A DNA stretch of 36,588 nt, taken from a virus (lineage: Duplodnaviria > Caudoviricetes). Shown in pieces: positions 8,602-17,760 of the stretch. The stretch spans positions 1-36,588 of IMG/VR virus record IMGVR_UViG_3300017645_000191; one strand, given 5' to 3'. Positions within the stretch are counted from its first letter, which is position 1, and every line of letters begins with the position of its first letter. The position numbers and the translations under genes were made by a program. The notes below the pieces were generated by a model. The model was not told the DNA's origin. It worked only from the letters and a program-made list of their open reading frames with translations, and did no database searches.

Positions 8602-9005
8602 CAGTTTTCCTCTACGATAGCTTGCACTGTGACGACGCCGTGAGATGTCAGGCCGTCGGGGTCGCGGAAGTATCGGATGCTTTCGACGGTCATCTCGACG
8701 AGGGCATTCACGGTCAGCGTTCCGGCGTAGCGATGCAGCGCCTTCTTGACCGCGTCGGCGAGGTCTTTCACTTCACGGAAACCGCCCTGATACCGAGACC
8801 AGCAATCGATCTGGACCGTCTCAATGCGGCCGGTGATGCAGTCTGCGTCATCCTCCACCACGTCAGAGGGCCCAAAGGAGATGTAGGGGAACGCGTCCTT
8901 GCCGATCGGGTTGTCATAGACGCGGCTGCCGACGATGGCCGTCACGCCAGTGTTGCCGGTCAGGCGCTGGTAGATGAGCGCCTGCAATTCGTTCGAAGCA
9001 CTCAC
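8601..9005 (-). CDS. Tail terminator, DUF3168 family
   Basis: IVGSRVYD..FPYISFG..IDCWS..DPDGLTSHG. Confidence 0.85.
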   Translation of the reverse strand: MSASNELQALIYQRLTGNTGVTAIVGSRVYDNPIGKDAFPYISFGPSDVVEDDADCITGRIETVQIDCWSRYQGGFREVKDLADAVKKALHRYAGTLTVNALVEMTVESIRYFRDPDGLTSHGVVTVQAIVEEN

Positions 9006-9442
9006 TTCGCGCCCTCCTTCAAGCCCTTCTTGATCGCCCTGGAGACGCGACTTTTGACGCTCTTTTTGTGTGCCCTATAGGCAGGGTAAAAGAAGGGGTT
9101 GGGTGGCATATTCTGCGTCCCGAACTCCTGCAACCGTGCATTCTGGAAACGAACGCCGCGCTTGTTTGTGACCATCGTGCTTTCGTCGCCCGCGTAGATC
9201 GTGGCGGCGATGTCCCCCGGCTCAGACTTGCGCTTTGATGATATGCTCCCAGGCGGGGGATCTCCCATCGTCCAGCCAATAGACCCTTTGAGCCGACCGG
9301 TATCTTGCGGTGCAAAGGCTTCCATCGTGTCCGTGATAGATCGCGCCGCCCGTTTCAGGGCTTCCTCGGTGTTCTTCCTCACCCGCTCGGGTATGGACTT
9401 GGACAGCTTGCGCTTGAGCCTAGCGAGGCCTTCGATCGCCAT
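9002..9442 (-). CDS. HK97 gp10-like neck/tail-completion protein
   Basis: Start MAIEGLARLKRKL (ATG 9442); APQDTGRLKGSI, QEFGTQNMPPNPFFYPA. Confidence 0.85.
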   Translation of the reverse strand: MAIEGLARLKRKLSKSIPERVRKNTEEALKRAARSITDTMEAFAPQDTGRLKGSIGWTMGDPPPGSISSKRKSEPGDIAATIYAGDESTMVTNKRGVRFQNARLQEFGTQNMPPNPFFYPAYRAHKKSVKSRVSRAIKKGLKEGAK

Positions 9443-9783
9443 CAGACGGCCACCCCACTCTCGGCAAGGATCTCGATGAACCGGCGGTCGTCTGTCGGGG
9501 TGATGCCGCGGATGTTGTAGAGCATGCCGGTGCGCGTGTCGCGAATGCGCCACTCCGTTCTCACCTGCTTCGTCTCGCTGGATGCACGAACGGTGATGAC
9601 TACCGGCTGGCGACCTTCCAAACGTGCGGCCTGGACTGTCTCGCCGCCGCGCAGGAAGCGGTAATGCGCGCGGTACCGGAAACGCTCCTGCCATCCCTGG
9701 ATGACGCCACCCTGCCCGTCACTGACTTCGGTCGGCGCGTCGAAAGCGATGCTTTGCTGGAGAGAATGTGCCGTGATGGCCAT
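9442..9783 (-). CDS. Head-tail adaptor/head closure protein
   Basis: DGQGG..W, GGETVQAARLEG, YNIRGI motifs. Confidence 0.85.
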   Translation of the reverse strand: MAITAHSLQQSIAFDAPTEVSDGQGGVIQGWQERFRYRAHYRFLRGGETVQAARLEGRQPVVITVRASSETKQVRTEWRIRDTRTGMLYNIRGITPTDDRRFIEILAESGVAV

Positions 9784-10367
9784 TAGATATACATCCTGCG
9801 ATATTTCGAGATCAGAGCGTCCTCTACCCGCTGGACATTGGCCGAATTGTTCTCGGCGGCCTCATCGTAGGACAACTGGACCCGGAGAATGATGGCCGTG
9901 CGGAGATCGTGAGGAACAGTGCTGCGGCCATCAACGACAGGCCACCCGGCTTTGTATTCCACCTGCACCGCCGCGCTCTCGTAGAAATCGCTCGGGCGCG
10001 AATAGCCGCTACCGAAACGGACGAATGACCGGCCCCCGCCGTCGGTGCGCAGCGCGTAATCACTCGCCGCAACAGTGAACAACTGGCCCAGTCTGTTGCG
10101 CCACTTCACCGAGACAACTTCCTGCACCGGCCCAAGAGGCAGGCGCAGGCACTCGCTTAAGCTGTCGAAGTCCTGGCGCCACGTCTGCTCGACCAGCACG
10201 ATACCAAGGATGCCGTTCCAGCCCTCGTAGTGATCCACAGCAGAGCGAATGAGACCCTCGAGGACCATATCATCGTCGCTATGTTCGATGCGCAGCGCCT
10301 GCTTTACGTCTGGCAGAGAGACCGGGAGAACTGCTGGCGCTTCCACGAGGATGGGACGGTGCATCAA
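9783..10367 (-). CDS. Head-tail connector (HK97 gp6-like)
   Basis: PVSLPDVKQALRIEHSDDD, QTWRQ, VPHDLRTAI. Confidence 0.85.
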   Translation of the reverse strand: MMHRPILVEAPAVLPVSLPDVKQALRIEHSDDDMVLEGLIRSAVDHYEGWNGILGIVLVEQTWRQDFDSLSECLRLPLGPVQEVVSVKWRNRLGQLFTVAASDYALRTDGGGRSFVRFGSGYSRPSDFYESAAVQVEYKAGWPVVDGRSTVPHDLRTAIILRVQLSYDEAAENNSANVQRVEDALISKYRRMYI

Positions 10368-10369
10368 GG

Positions 10370-10558
10370 CTACTCGCTTTTGTTCTTCGGGGCCGACTTC
10401 TCGGCTTTGTTGGCCACGGGCTTTTCGGCCTTGGCCTTAGCCTCCTCCAGGACGCCTGCTTTCACCAGATGCTGCACGTCGCTGGCAGTTGCATCGCGTT
10501 CTTCGCCCGGCATATACATCCGGTCGCCAAAATGCTGGCGGATGACGGTGTATTTCAT
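10370..10558 (-). CDS. Small head-region protein
   Basis: 62 aa, GAGGAG RBS, C-terminal NKAEKSAPKNK typical of small post-capsid genes. Confidence 0.7.
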   Translation of the reverse strand: MKYTVIRQHFGDRMYMPGEERDATASDVQHLVKAGVLEEAKAKAEKPVANKAEKSAPKNKSE

Positions 10559-10563
10559 GGCTG

Positions 10564-10926
10564 CTACTCCTCTTCAGCTGCGATGACTGCATCCGTCGGG
10601 GCGCTCGTCACAGACGCGGACCCTTTCCAGTTCACAGCCGTCTCGGTCACAGTGATCTCCACTCCAACGTCATCTTCAACAGGCGCGTAGGTTGTCCCGG
10701 TAGCGCCTGAAATCGGCTCGCCGTCTGCTTCCCACTGATAGGACAGCGACGGCGCAGCGACCCCAGCCCATTCGCCCGGGGTTACTGAGAGGGTTTCACC
10801 TACCTGAGCGGTTCCGGTGATAGCCGGGGCCGTCGTATTCTCAGGCGCTTCCGGCCGATCGCCTTCGTTCGCGCCGAGGAAGCCCGCAAAGCTCCGCTTG
10901 GCCTGCTGCTTGGATTTGATTGCCAT
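10564..10926 (-). CDS. Ig-like domain protein, candidate capsid decoration
   Basis: ATG 10926 after GGAAGGA; PAITGTAQVGETL..YQWEADGEPISGATGTTY..DVG..ITV Ig-like repeat; directly after major capsid gene. Confidence 0.7.
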   Translation of the reverse strand: MAIKSKQQAKRSFAGFLGANEGDRPEAPENTTAPAITGTAQVGETLSVTPGEWAGVAAPSLSYQWEADGEPISGATGTTYAPVEDDVGVEITVTETAVNWKGSASVTSAPTDAVIAAEEE

Positions 10927-10947
10927 GGGAATTCCTTCCATCAGTTC

Positions 10948-10974
10948 AGAGAGCGGGCAGCCGAAGCCGCCCGC
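10948..10974 (-). terminator. Hairpin terminator/attenuator after major capsid gene
   Basis: GCGGGCGGC-TTCG-GCTGCCCGC followed by TCTCT on minus strand. Confidence 0.6.
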
Positions 10975-10991
10975 CTTACCGAGCCGATCTC

Positions 10992-12200
10992 TTAGGAGAC
11001 ATACCCGAGATCGCCGTAGATGAAGGCTTCTGGCCGATACACGGCCAGCGCAAGCCGCTCTTCAGCCAGGATCGTGACAAGGTTCTTGGTGAAGTCGTCG
11101 TTCACGTAGCCTGTCTCGACGCGAGCATCCCACCGATCAAAGACCTGAGCACCGAGCTTGAACGCACCCACCAGGAATTTGTCCACGGTGATCGCCTTCG
11201 TTGCGACGACCGGCAGGCCCCAGAGGGTCGGATTAATGCCGCCCTGCGGTACGCCGATGATGTAGTTTCCGCCAGCATCCTTGGTCAGTTCGATGCGAGC
11301 CCAGTCGGTCGGGTTCATGACGATACCGGTGGCCGGATATTCCGCGAGAGCAGCCTGGAGGGCGGCGAGGCGGATGGTGTCGATCGCCGTGCCGTCGGTC
11401 GTCGTGAACGGAGCCGAGTAAGCCGTCGCCTGCGGGATGAGCCCGTGCAGGTTCTGGCCGGTTCCATCGCCGTTGAGGAGCTGGGTTTCCTCTACGTAGG
11501 CAAGACCATAGAGCAGGCGCTGGTCAATCATCGAGCGAAGCTGCGCGATATCAGACAGAACCTGCTTGGATGCCTTCATCCAATGCGCGATGACCTTGGC
11601 GGACGTGGTGACAATGTCGAACTTCAGGTCCGACTCCGGCTTGGCCGCACCTTCAGCGACCGGAGCGGCGCTATTGGTGAAGCCAGTTTCCTTGACGTAC
11701 TCCAGCGCATTACCGTCCATCTGCCCCTGGGTCAGGAGATCGCGAACGGTAAGCCGGCGCTGAGGGAGGGGAAGAATACCAGGCAGGCGCGTTGGCGCGA
11801 TCGCGTCACCGACAGAACCAGCCGCATCGCTCGTGAGGGAAGTGAGCGTTGCCTTGATGCGGATATCCGCGCCACGGGCACTCTTGGCAAAGCCGCTGTC
11901 AGCAAAGGACTTGAAGCCTTCCGACTCTACGAACTGTTCACCGAGCGACTTTTCGCGCTCGTCGCCGCCCCTGCCGCCCCGAGCCATCTTCTGCTCAAGT
12001 TCAGCGACCTGCTCGGTAAGGCCGTTCATCTTAAGAAGCGCCTCGTCAGCCTTCTCCTTCAGAGAGTTGGTCACTTCCTCACCGGATTTGGCCTTGCCGA
12101 GCGCTTCCTCGGCAATCGCTTTCACGACATCAACAGACTTCTGATGCTCGGCCTTGATTTCGGCAGCGAGTTCGGCTGCAGACTTGGTTTCGTTGCTCAT
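10992..12200 (-). CDS. HK97-fold major capsid protein
   Basis: Coiled-coil delta domain, RRLTVRDLL, VAEGAAKPES, LLNGDGTGQNLHG, FTKNLVTILAEERLAL. Confidence 0.95.
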   Translation of the reverse strand: MSNETKSAAELAAEIKAEHQKSVDVVKAIAEEALGKAKSGEEVTNSLKEKADEALLKMNGLTEQVAELEQKMARGGRGGDEREKSLGEQFVESEGFKSFADSGFAKSARGADIRIKATLTSLTSDAAGSVGDAIAPTRLPGILPLPQRRLTVRDLLTQGQMDGNALEYVKETGFTNSAAPVAEGAAKPESDLKFDIVTTSAKVIAHWMKASKQVLSDIAQLRSMIDQRLLYGLAYVEETQLLNGDGTGQNLHGLIPQATAYSAPFTTTDGTAIDTIRLAALQAALAEYPATGIVMNPTDWARIELTKDAGGNYIIGVPQGGINPTLWGLPVVATKAITVDKFLVGAFKLGAQVFDRWDARVETGYVNDDFTKNLVTILAEERLALAVYRPEAFIYGDLGYVS

Positions 12201-12229
12201 GGTTATCTCCTAGAGCGATGGGGTTGGGA

Positions 12230-12976
12230 TTAGCCGAGCAGTGCTTTCAGCAAGGCCACGGCGTCATTTGCCTGATCGCTCTCGGGATCGCCCCGAAAAG
12301 CTGCTTTCGCATAGCCATGCGAGGCAATCGCAGTAGCCATGCTTTTCGGAACCCCTGCCTCACGCAGGATGTCCTCGAATTCCTTGATGGGCATGGGGTC
12401 GCCATCGCGCAGACGACGGGCGAATTCATCCATGCGGCTTTGTTTTTCTAAAGGGGGTAGACCTTCGAGGGCGCGGGCCTCGTTGACGGTCAACACCCCT
12501 GCTTTGACCACATCCACCAGCGACCGCTTGTTCGCCGGCATGTTGACGACAGAGACTTCGACAAGATCGACCTTCTCAAGGATCGTGACGCCCGGTCGCT
12601 TCTCGTCGGGCTTTGAGCCGCCCGCGGGGATGCGATACCCGATTGACAATCCACGTACGCGCTTGCGCTTCATTGCGCGGTGGACGCGAATGCTCACCGG
12701 GTCTTCCAAGTCGAGAGCGCCTTTGGCCCACAGGCCCTTTCCATCTTCCGCGAACTCCAACCAGTCACCGATCGGCAACTCGCTAGCGTCATGGCCGAAA
12801 AACATCATCGGCATGGTGCCGTCGCGCCGATGCTTTACGAGACTTTCCGCGAAAGCGCCGGGGGCCACCACATCCCCATACGAGTCTGGGGATCCGCCGA
12901 ATGTACTGGCGTAGCCTTCAAAGATGCCGTCTTCCGACAGGTCTTTGACCTGCAGGGCGAAGTCCTTGGTTTTCAT
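12230..12976 (-). CDS. HK97-type prohead protease
   Basis: FEGYASTF..DSYGDVVAPGAF, GLSIGY, LVEVSVVNMPAN. Confidence 0.93.
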   Translation of the reverse strand: MKTKDFALQVKDLSEDGIFEGYASTFGGSPDSYGDVVAPGAFAESLVKHRRDGTMPMMFFGHDASELPIGDWLEFAEDGKGLWAKGALDLEDPVSIRVHRAMKRKRVRGLSIGYRIPAGGSKPDEKRPGVTILEKVDLVEVSVVNMPANKRSLVDVVKAGVLTVNEARALEGLPPLEKQSRMDEFARRLRDGDPMPIKEFEDILREAGVPKSMATAIASHGYAKAAFRGDPESDQANDAVALLKALLG

Positions 12977-12981
12977 ATCGG

Positions 12982-14229
12982 CTATTCCTGTTCTTCCGCG
13001 ATGATCTGGCGAACGGCCTCGCGGTCGCCTTCGGTAATAGGAACGTTCTGCATCTGCATCCTCGGGACCGAACCACCCTCTACAGGAGGCAAGTTTTCCA
13101 GCGCGCGGACCTCGTTGATGGTCATGGCCCCGATGGCGGTCATCTGCTGGTAGAAGCGCGCCCTGCCCGCACTGTCGGCGCGCAAGAGACCTTCAAGGTT
13201 GAATTCGATGGTGACGCCGCGCGCCCTGTCGTCTGGCGTGAGCAGTTGCTTTTCGCAGGCTTGCTCGATGCGCTTCAGACGGCGGCGCAGCGTGAACTTC
13301 TGGAACCCGAGCGTCTGTTGCTCAAGGCCGGTCCCCCAGCTGGTGGACTTCTCAGTGTGGCCGATCATGAACGGTGGGACGCCGAAGAAGCGGCAGATCT
13401 CTTCAACTGAGAAGCCGCGCGACTCCAGCATCTGCGCGTCTTCCGGGTTGATGGACAGCGTTTCTAGCTTCGCACCACCCTCGGATATGTATGGGCGGCC
13501 CGAGTTCATCGCGCCGACGTACTTCTCCATCAAGACGGTCTCAGCGAGCTGCCGCTGCTCTTGCGTCAACCACTTTTCAAAGACCAGCTGAAAGGATGGG
13601 CGGAGTCCATTCCTGAATGTGCCTCCCGCCGAACGATCGATTGCCCGAGCAAGGCTAAATGTGTTCCGGCCGAAATGGAGCGTCGACATGCCGCCGAGTG
13701 GATTGCCGCCGAAGCCGCGGATGTGCAGCATCGTTCGGTCGGTCTCGACGTATGACTTGCCGTCTTCCGACCAGCGATATTCAAGCGTTCCGTTAGACAG
13801 GCGACGAACCGAAACATTCGCGGGGTTGATCGGGTGGAGTCCACGCACTTGACCAGCGCTGCGCTCGACGAGGGCGTAGGCGTTGCCCCATAGCTCAATG
13901 GCCGCGCAGGAAAACTCCCAGAAATCTAGAGACGTCTGATCGTAGTTGGGGCTATCGTGCAGGACTCGATAGAGCGGGTGATCCTTCGCAACAACACGCT
14001 CGCCGTTGGCGTCACGTCGGTAGACCATCAGCGGCAGGCTGGCAATGGTGCCGGAGAGCAGGTTCACGCACGCCCATACGGCAGACAGGCCGAGTACGGA
14101 CTCGCTGGTCACGACCTCGCCGGCATCGCCGCGCATTGCGTCCGTGTGCCAGCCGTCAGGCTCGCGAACGGTCAGGCTGCGGAGGACCGTCGTTGCGGCC
14201 TTATAGGCCATGCGTTGTATTAGGTTCAC
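12982..14229 (-). CDS. HK97-family portal protein
   Basis: SAVWACV..IASLPL, WGNAY, DAQMLESR..EEICRFFGVPP, TINEVRALENLPP. Confidence 0.95.
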   Translation of the reverse strand: MNLIQRMAYKAATTVLRSLTVREPDGWHTDAMRGDAGEVVTSESVLGLSAVWACVNLLSGTIASLPLMVYRRDANGERVVAKDHPLYRVLHDSPNYDQTSLDFWEFSCAAIELWGNAYALVERSAGQVRGLHPINPANVSVRRLSNGTLEYRWSEDGKSYVETDRTMLHIRGFGGNPLGGMSTLHFGRNTFSLARAIDRSAGGTFRNGLRPSFQLVFEKWLTQEQRQLAETVLMEKYVGAMNSGRPYISEGGAKLETLSINPEDAQMLESRGFSVEEICRFFGVPPFMIGHTEKSTSWGTGLEQQTLGFQKFTLRRRLKRIEQACEKQLLTPDDRARGVTIEFNLEGLLRADSAGRARFYQQMTAIGAMTINEVRALENLPPVEGGSVPRMQMQNVPITEGDREAVRQIIAEEQE

Positions 14230-15923
14230 GCTGCACCTGCCAGGCTCTTGAAATAGTCATTCATGCCGGCATCCTGTGCTTCCGGGTTGCGACTCATGAC
14301 TGTCACTGCATCAAACAGCGCCATCACCGGGTCGATCTTGGCATCGCCCGCGTTCTGCTTGGTGGCGCGGATCGCTGTCGCAGTCGGCTCGATTTTCAGG
14401 TTGCCAACGCACCAAGTCATCATACTCGAGGCGCTGTGGCGGAGCGTGCCGTTCGTTAGTTTCCGCTCGGCTGTCTTGATTGCATTCATCATGGCGTAGC
14501 CCTGAGGTGCACCAATCAGGTTGCCGGCTTCTTGCGTTACGCCAATTTCGTCCAGAGCCTCAATCATTTCGCCGAGACCGGCGGGGTCGACAGCTACCGA
14601 GGCGAGCAAGCCAGTCTGGTTGATGTCGTCGATGATGCGGACGATCTCCGAGATGTCTTTCAACTCGTCGTCGACAATGGTCAGCTCGCCTACGCCAGCA
14701 AAGTCCCGCAGTCGGTCAGCGATCGTCTTTCGGCGAACAAGAACTCCCTCATGACACCAGGCATGCGTCCAGACCAGCCAGTCACGTGTTCCCTTATGCC
14801 GGCCGACTACGGCCAAACCGAAGAGATCGTCGAGACCGCCGCCGTCGATGCCTACCACCACCACCTCGCACGTATCGAGGATGTGCTGCAGCGTGATGGT
14901 ATTGTCTGTTCGGCGCTCCCAGAAATCCGCACCCGGCCACCGGTTGGCGCGCAGGTTCATGCCGATCTCGACGTTCAAATGCTTGGCAAGGAACGTCTGG
15001 AGGGTGTCGCCCTCCTCGTCGTCCCCTGCCCTGACCTTGGCGAGCTTCCGCTCTAACCAGTCCTGCCGGACAGACCGGCCCATGTTGGGGTTAGTGATGT
15101 AGAAGTTTGGCGGCTCCAGATACGCCTGCGCCTCGACCATCTTGTCTGGGAATTCATACAGCACCGGCAAGCTGCGCGGATCGTCGATGATGCCGTCACG
15201 CACGTTGCGGAAGTAGTCCAGCTTCTCTTTGAAGACGCCCGCCGGCGGCGAATCCGATTGCGTCGAGATGTAGATCACAAAGCCTTCCGGCCGAGATATC
15301 AGGCCACCCGTCGCCTCCTGCAGCATAGAGCTGGCGCCAGCCTTCTTGCCGAATAGCCAAAGCTCTTCGATGAGCACGAAACCTGACTTTTTACCGGCGG
15401 CTGTCGATGAATCCGCCGAAATGACCTTGAGGACCGCGTTCGTGCGTCGATGCTTGATTTGCTTCAGGTTGCGGTTGACGTGCAGCAGATCCTTCAGTTC
15501 GGGATCCGCATCGACCATGTCGGCGGCCGGGTTGAACGAATTGCCTGCGATCTCTTGCGTCGGTGCGAGGATCGTCAGCTCCTGCGAGTCGCGCCAGTTG
15601 CGGATCAATGCCGTCAGCATGATCCCGGCAGCCAAGGTGCTCTTGATGTTCTTCTTCGAGATGAGGAGGAAGAACTCCTCGATCATCCGTTGGCCTGTCT
15701 CAGCATCATAAGCGCCGAAGACCGCCCGGACAAAATCGAAGACGTACTCCTCGCAAGCCTCGCCGAATGTTGGTTGCCCTGCTACATCGACAATCTTTAG
15801 GGACTTGAAGACCTCGAGCGCTGCTTCGGCCTCGTCTGGGAACAGCGGGTCGAACGGGATGAGCGAACGGCCCTGGACAATGCGCTCTTCCCAGTCCAAG
15901 CACGCGGTCGACCAGCTTTTCAT
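14226..15923 (-). CDS. terL: Terminase large subunit
   Basis: Walker A-like KKNIKST, Walker B VLIEE, nuclease GIDGGGLDD and KIDP. Confidence 0.93.
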   Translation of the reverse strand: MKSWSTACLDWEERIVQGRSLIPFDPLFPDEAEAALEVFKSLKIVDVAGQPTFGEACEEYVFDFVRAVFGAYDAETGQRMIEEFFLLISKKNIKSTLAAGIMLTALIRNWRDSQELTILAPTQEIAGNSFNPAADMVDADPELKDLLHVNRNLKQIKHRRTNAVLKVISADSSTAAGKKSGFVLIEELWLFGKKAGASSMLQEATGGLISRPEGFVIYISTQSDSPPAGVFKEKLDYFRNVRDGIIDDPRSLPVLYEFPDKMVEAQAYLEPPNFYITNPNMGRSVRQDWLERKLAKVRAGDDEEGDTLQTFLAKHLNVEIGMNLRANRWPGADFWERRTDNTITLQHILDTCEVVVVGIDGGGLDDLFGLAVVGRHKGTRDWLVWTHAWCHEGVLVRRKTIADRLRDFAGVGELTIVDDELKDISEIVRIIDDINQTGLLASVAVDPAGLGEMIEALDEIGVTQEAGNLIGAPQGYAMMNAIKTAERKLTNGTLRHSASSMMTWCVGNLKIEPTATAIRATKQNAGDAKIDPVMALFDAVTVMSRNPEAQDAGMNDYFKSLAGAA

Positions 15924-16354
15924 TTGTTGTTGACCACCAACATCGGCGGCGTCGGAGGTGCGAACTTGCCCGCAACACGCTCCGCTGCCTGCTGCTGCTC
16001 TTCCTTCTTGCCGAGCTTCACTGCCTTGGTCTCGCGAGCCTTCACCGAAGCCTCTGCCGAGGCAACGCGGCTCATCTCTTCTAGCTTCTTCTGGGCGGAA
16101 ACGTTGCCGCCGCGCGCAGAGGTGAACAACAGACCAATCACTTCTTTCCGCCGCTGTGCGTGGCCGTCGGCGAGCTCGTCGGCGAAGTGCTTGCGGAGCG
16201 TGTCGGGATCAATTCCCAAGGCTCTCGCGATCGTGGCGTCACTTTCGCCGCAGAACTTCATTTCTTCGACGGTGCGGCGCTGTTCAATGGTGGCGCGAAA
16301 GGCTGGACGGCCACCTCTCGATGGACGCTTCGGTGTCTTGGATTTTTCCGTCAT
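15920..16354 (-). CDS. terS: Terminase small subunit
   Basis: GRP motif, HTH IARALGIDPDTLRKHF, GNVSAQ; immediately upstream of terL. Confidence 0.85.
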   Translation of the reverse strand: MTEKSKTPKRPSRGGRPAFRATIEQRRTVEEMKFCGESDATIARALGIDPDTLRKHFADELADGHAQRRKEVIGLLFTSARGGNVSAQKKLEEMSRVASAEASVKARETKAVKLGKKEEQQQAAERVAGKFAPPTPPMLVVNNK

Positions 16355-16384
16355 TTGTCACTTCTCAGCCGAAATTTCCGACGG

Positions 16385-16460
16385 CAGAAAAAAATGTGTT
16401 CGTGAGGGAGCGGCGGGTCTAGAAGCGCCCGGGTTAGGAGGTTTGATCTACCCCCCCCCA
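16385..16460. other. Probable cos packaging-site region
   Basis: Noncoding segment just upstream of terS with G-run, TCAAA, TCTAGACCCGCCGCTCCCTCACG and T-run on the minus strand, as typical between HNH and terS in HK97-like cos phages; exact cut site not determinable. Confidence 0.55.
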
Positions 16461-16510
16461 TCGACTCACCGCCTGCGCATATGCTTTCCTACGCCAGCTT
16501 GGAGGGCGCG

Positions 16511-16822
16511 ATGGGTCTTGATTCACTTAATATTGAACACTGGTGGAAGGCTGTGGCGGCGGCAGGCGTCGCACTGTGCGTCGCTGCGGTCGCTGCCAAG
16601 CACAACCAGTTGCTGCTACTTGGACTGGGGACGCTGTCCTGCGGCATCGGGGAATGGGTCAACCGGCCGCTGCAGCAGACGCTGGTTCAGCAAGGATTCG
16701 GGGGCTTGAACGGTATCGTAACAGGCTACCCGTGGAGGCCTAAGCCGTTAGGCCTGATCCTTGACGGCATCGGCATCCTTCTGATTGTGTACGGCACCAT
16801 TCGGATCATCATGCTCGCATAA
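16511..16822 (+). CDS. Small multi-pass membrane protein (moron)
   Basis: GGAGGG RBS at 16501, ATG 16511; three hydrophobic segments; opposite strand to flanking genes. Confidence 0.7.
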   Translation: MGLDSLNIEHWWKAVAAAGVALCVAAVAAKHNQLLLLGLGTLSCGIGEWVNRPLQQTLVQQGFGGLNGIVTGYPWRPKPLGLILDGIGILLIVYGTIRIIMLA

Positions 16823-17035
16823 TGGTGTAAAAGTGTACCCGGCCGGCAAACTGAATACAGATGGGTCCTGGTCTTCCATCTCGACGGTCACAGTTGTGCC
16901 GCTCACCCACCCAGCGAGATGAAACAGCTTGCATGCTAGCCATAAACGCAGGCCAAGGGCGCGGGGCATGCGAACTCTAAGCGTAATGCTGGACATCAGC
17001 TCACGCCCGTCAACAGTAAGTGTGCTCTTATCCAT
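16748..17035 (-). CDS. Hypothetical phage protein
   Basis: AGGAG RBS, MDKSTLTVDGRELMSSITLRVRMPRALGLRLWLA; 3' end overlaps the moron by 75 bp. Confidence 0.6.
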   Translation of the reverse strand: MDKSTLTVDGRELMSSITLRVRMPRALGLRLWLACKLFHLAGWVSGTTVTVEMEDQDPSVFSLPAGYTFTPLCEHDDPNGAVHNQKDADAVKDQA

Positions 17036-17057
17036 GCCTGCGCTCCTGTTGCTGCGC

Positions 17058-17351
17058 TCACCCTTCCCCAACAATCGGGCTACCAGAGGCGTCCCAGTCC
17101 GGCGGAGGTGGTGGCTTATTATGTCCGTTGATCTCTGCCGCACCACGACGTGCTATATACTCCAGCACGCGCAGGTCTTTGGTTGATGCATCCCGCCACA
17201 TAGCCCTGTGGACTGGCTCGGGCGATGGTGAGCCGATGTACTTGTAGTGATCGACTAATGTCTCTTCGACTTGCAGGATCAGCACACCTCGGAACCCTGA
17301 TCGGTAGCGTGTAGCGCCGGTCAGGTTGGATGACCCAGGTGGATACGGCAT
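17058..17351 (-). CDS. Hypothetical phage protein
   Basis: ATG 17351 just after HNH stop; LTGATRYRSGFRGVLILQVEE..WRDA motif. Confidence 0.65.
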   Translation of the reverse strand: MPYPPGSSNLTGATRYRSGFRGVLILQVEETLVDHYKYIGSPSPEPVHRAMWRDASTKDLRVLEYIARRGAAEINGHNKPPPPPDWDASGSPIVGEG

Positions 17352-17353
17352 TG

Positions 17354-17698
17354 CTAGCCTCGGCGTTCGGACCGCTGTTTCAGCGAATTGTGACAGTGTG
17401 CACACAACGTCTGGAACGGGCCAGCCCAGAAGGCTTCCTCGTTACCGTGGTGCTGCTCTACGTGGTCGCAGTGCAGACCGCCTTTGCTTGCGTCTACCCT
17501 GCCGCACATCTTGCAGGTGAAGTTGTCCCGTACCAGCACTGACCAGCGTAGCTTCTGCCAGCGTGCTGTCTTGTACCAGCGTCTCCACTCTTGGGTAACG
17601 TCACGGAAGCGACTGCGCTGCTGCTCGTTGCCTGACTGGTAGCCTAGGCGTGGGGCCATCTTGCCGACGAGTGGCTTCAGGGTCTTGAGCTTAGCCAA
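17354..17698 (-). CDS. Terminase-associated HNH endonuclease (HK97 gp74-like)
   Basis: WQKLR..VLVRD.FTCKMCG, CDHVEQH, QTLCAHCHN; upstream of cos/terS; probable TTG start (MAKLKTLKP). Confidence 0.88.
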   Translation of the reverse strand: MAKLKTLKPLVGKMAPRLGYQSGNEQQRSRFRDVTQEWRRWYKTARWQKLRWSVLVRDNFTCKMCGRVDASKGGLHCDHVEQHHGNEEAFWAGPFQTLCAHCHNSLKQRSERRG

Positions 17699-17760
17699 AT
17701 AGATTGCCCTTGCAGATCGAGGGGGTGTGGGCCAAACTTCAAGCTCACACGGAGGGGGCA

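Noticed and set aside
10920-12233. Long plus-strand ORF (437 aa) and similar shadow ORFs (5739-6425, 15924-16709, 19132-19887)
   Set aside because: Antisense to clear genes, no motifs or RBS; expected in high-GC coding DNA
16451-16459. C9 homopolymer as a phase-variation tract
   Set aside because: Noncoding, and matches the G-run usually found beside cos sites in this phage type
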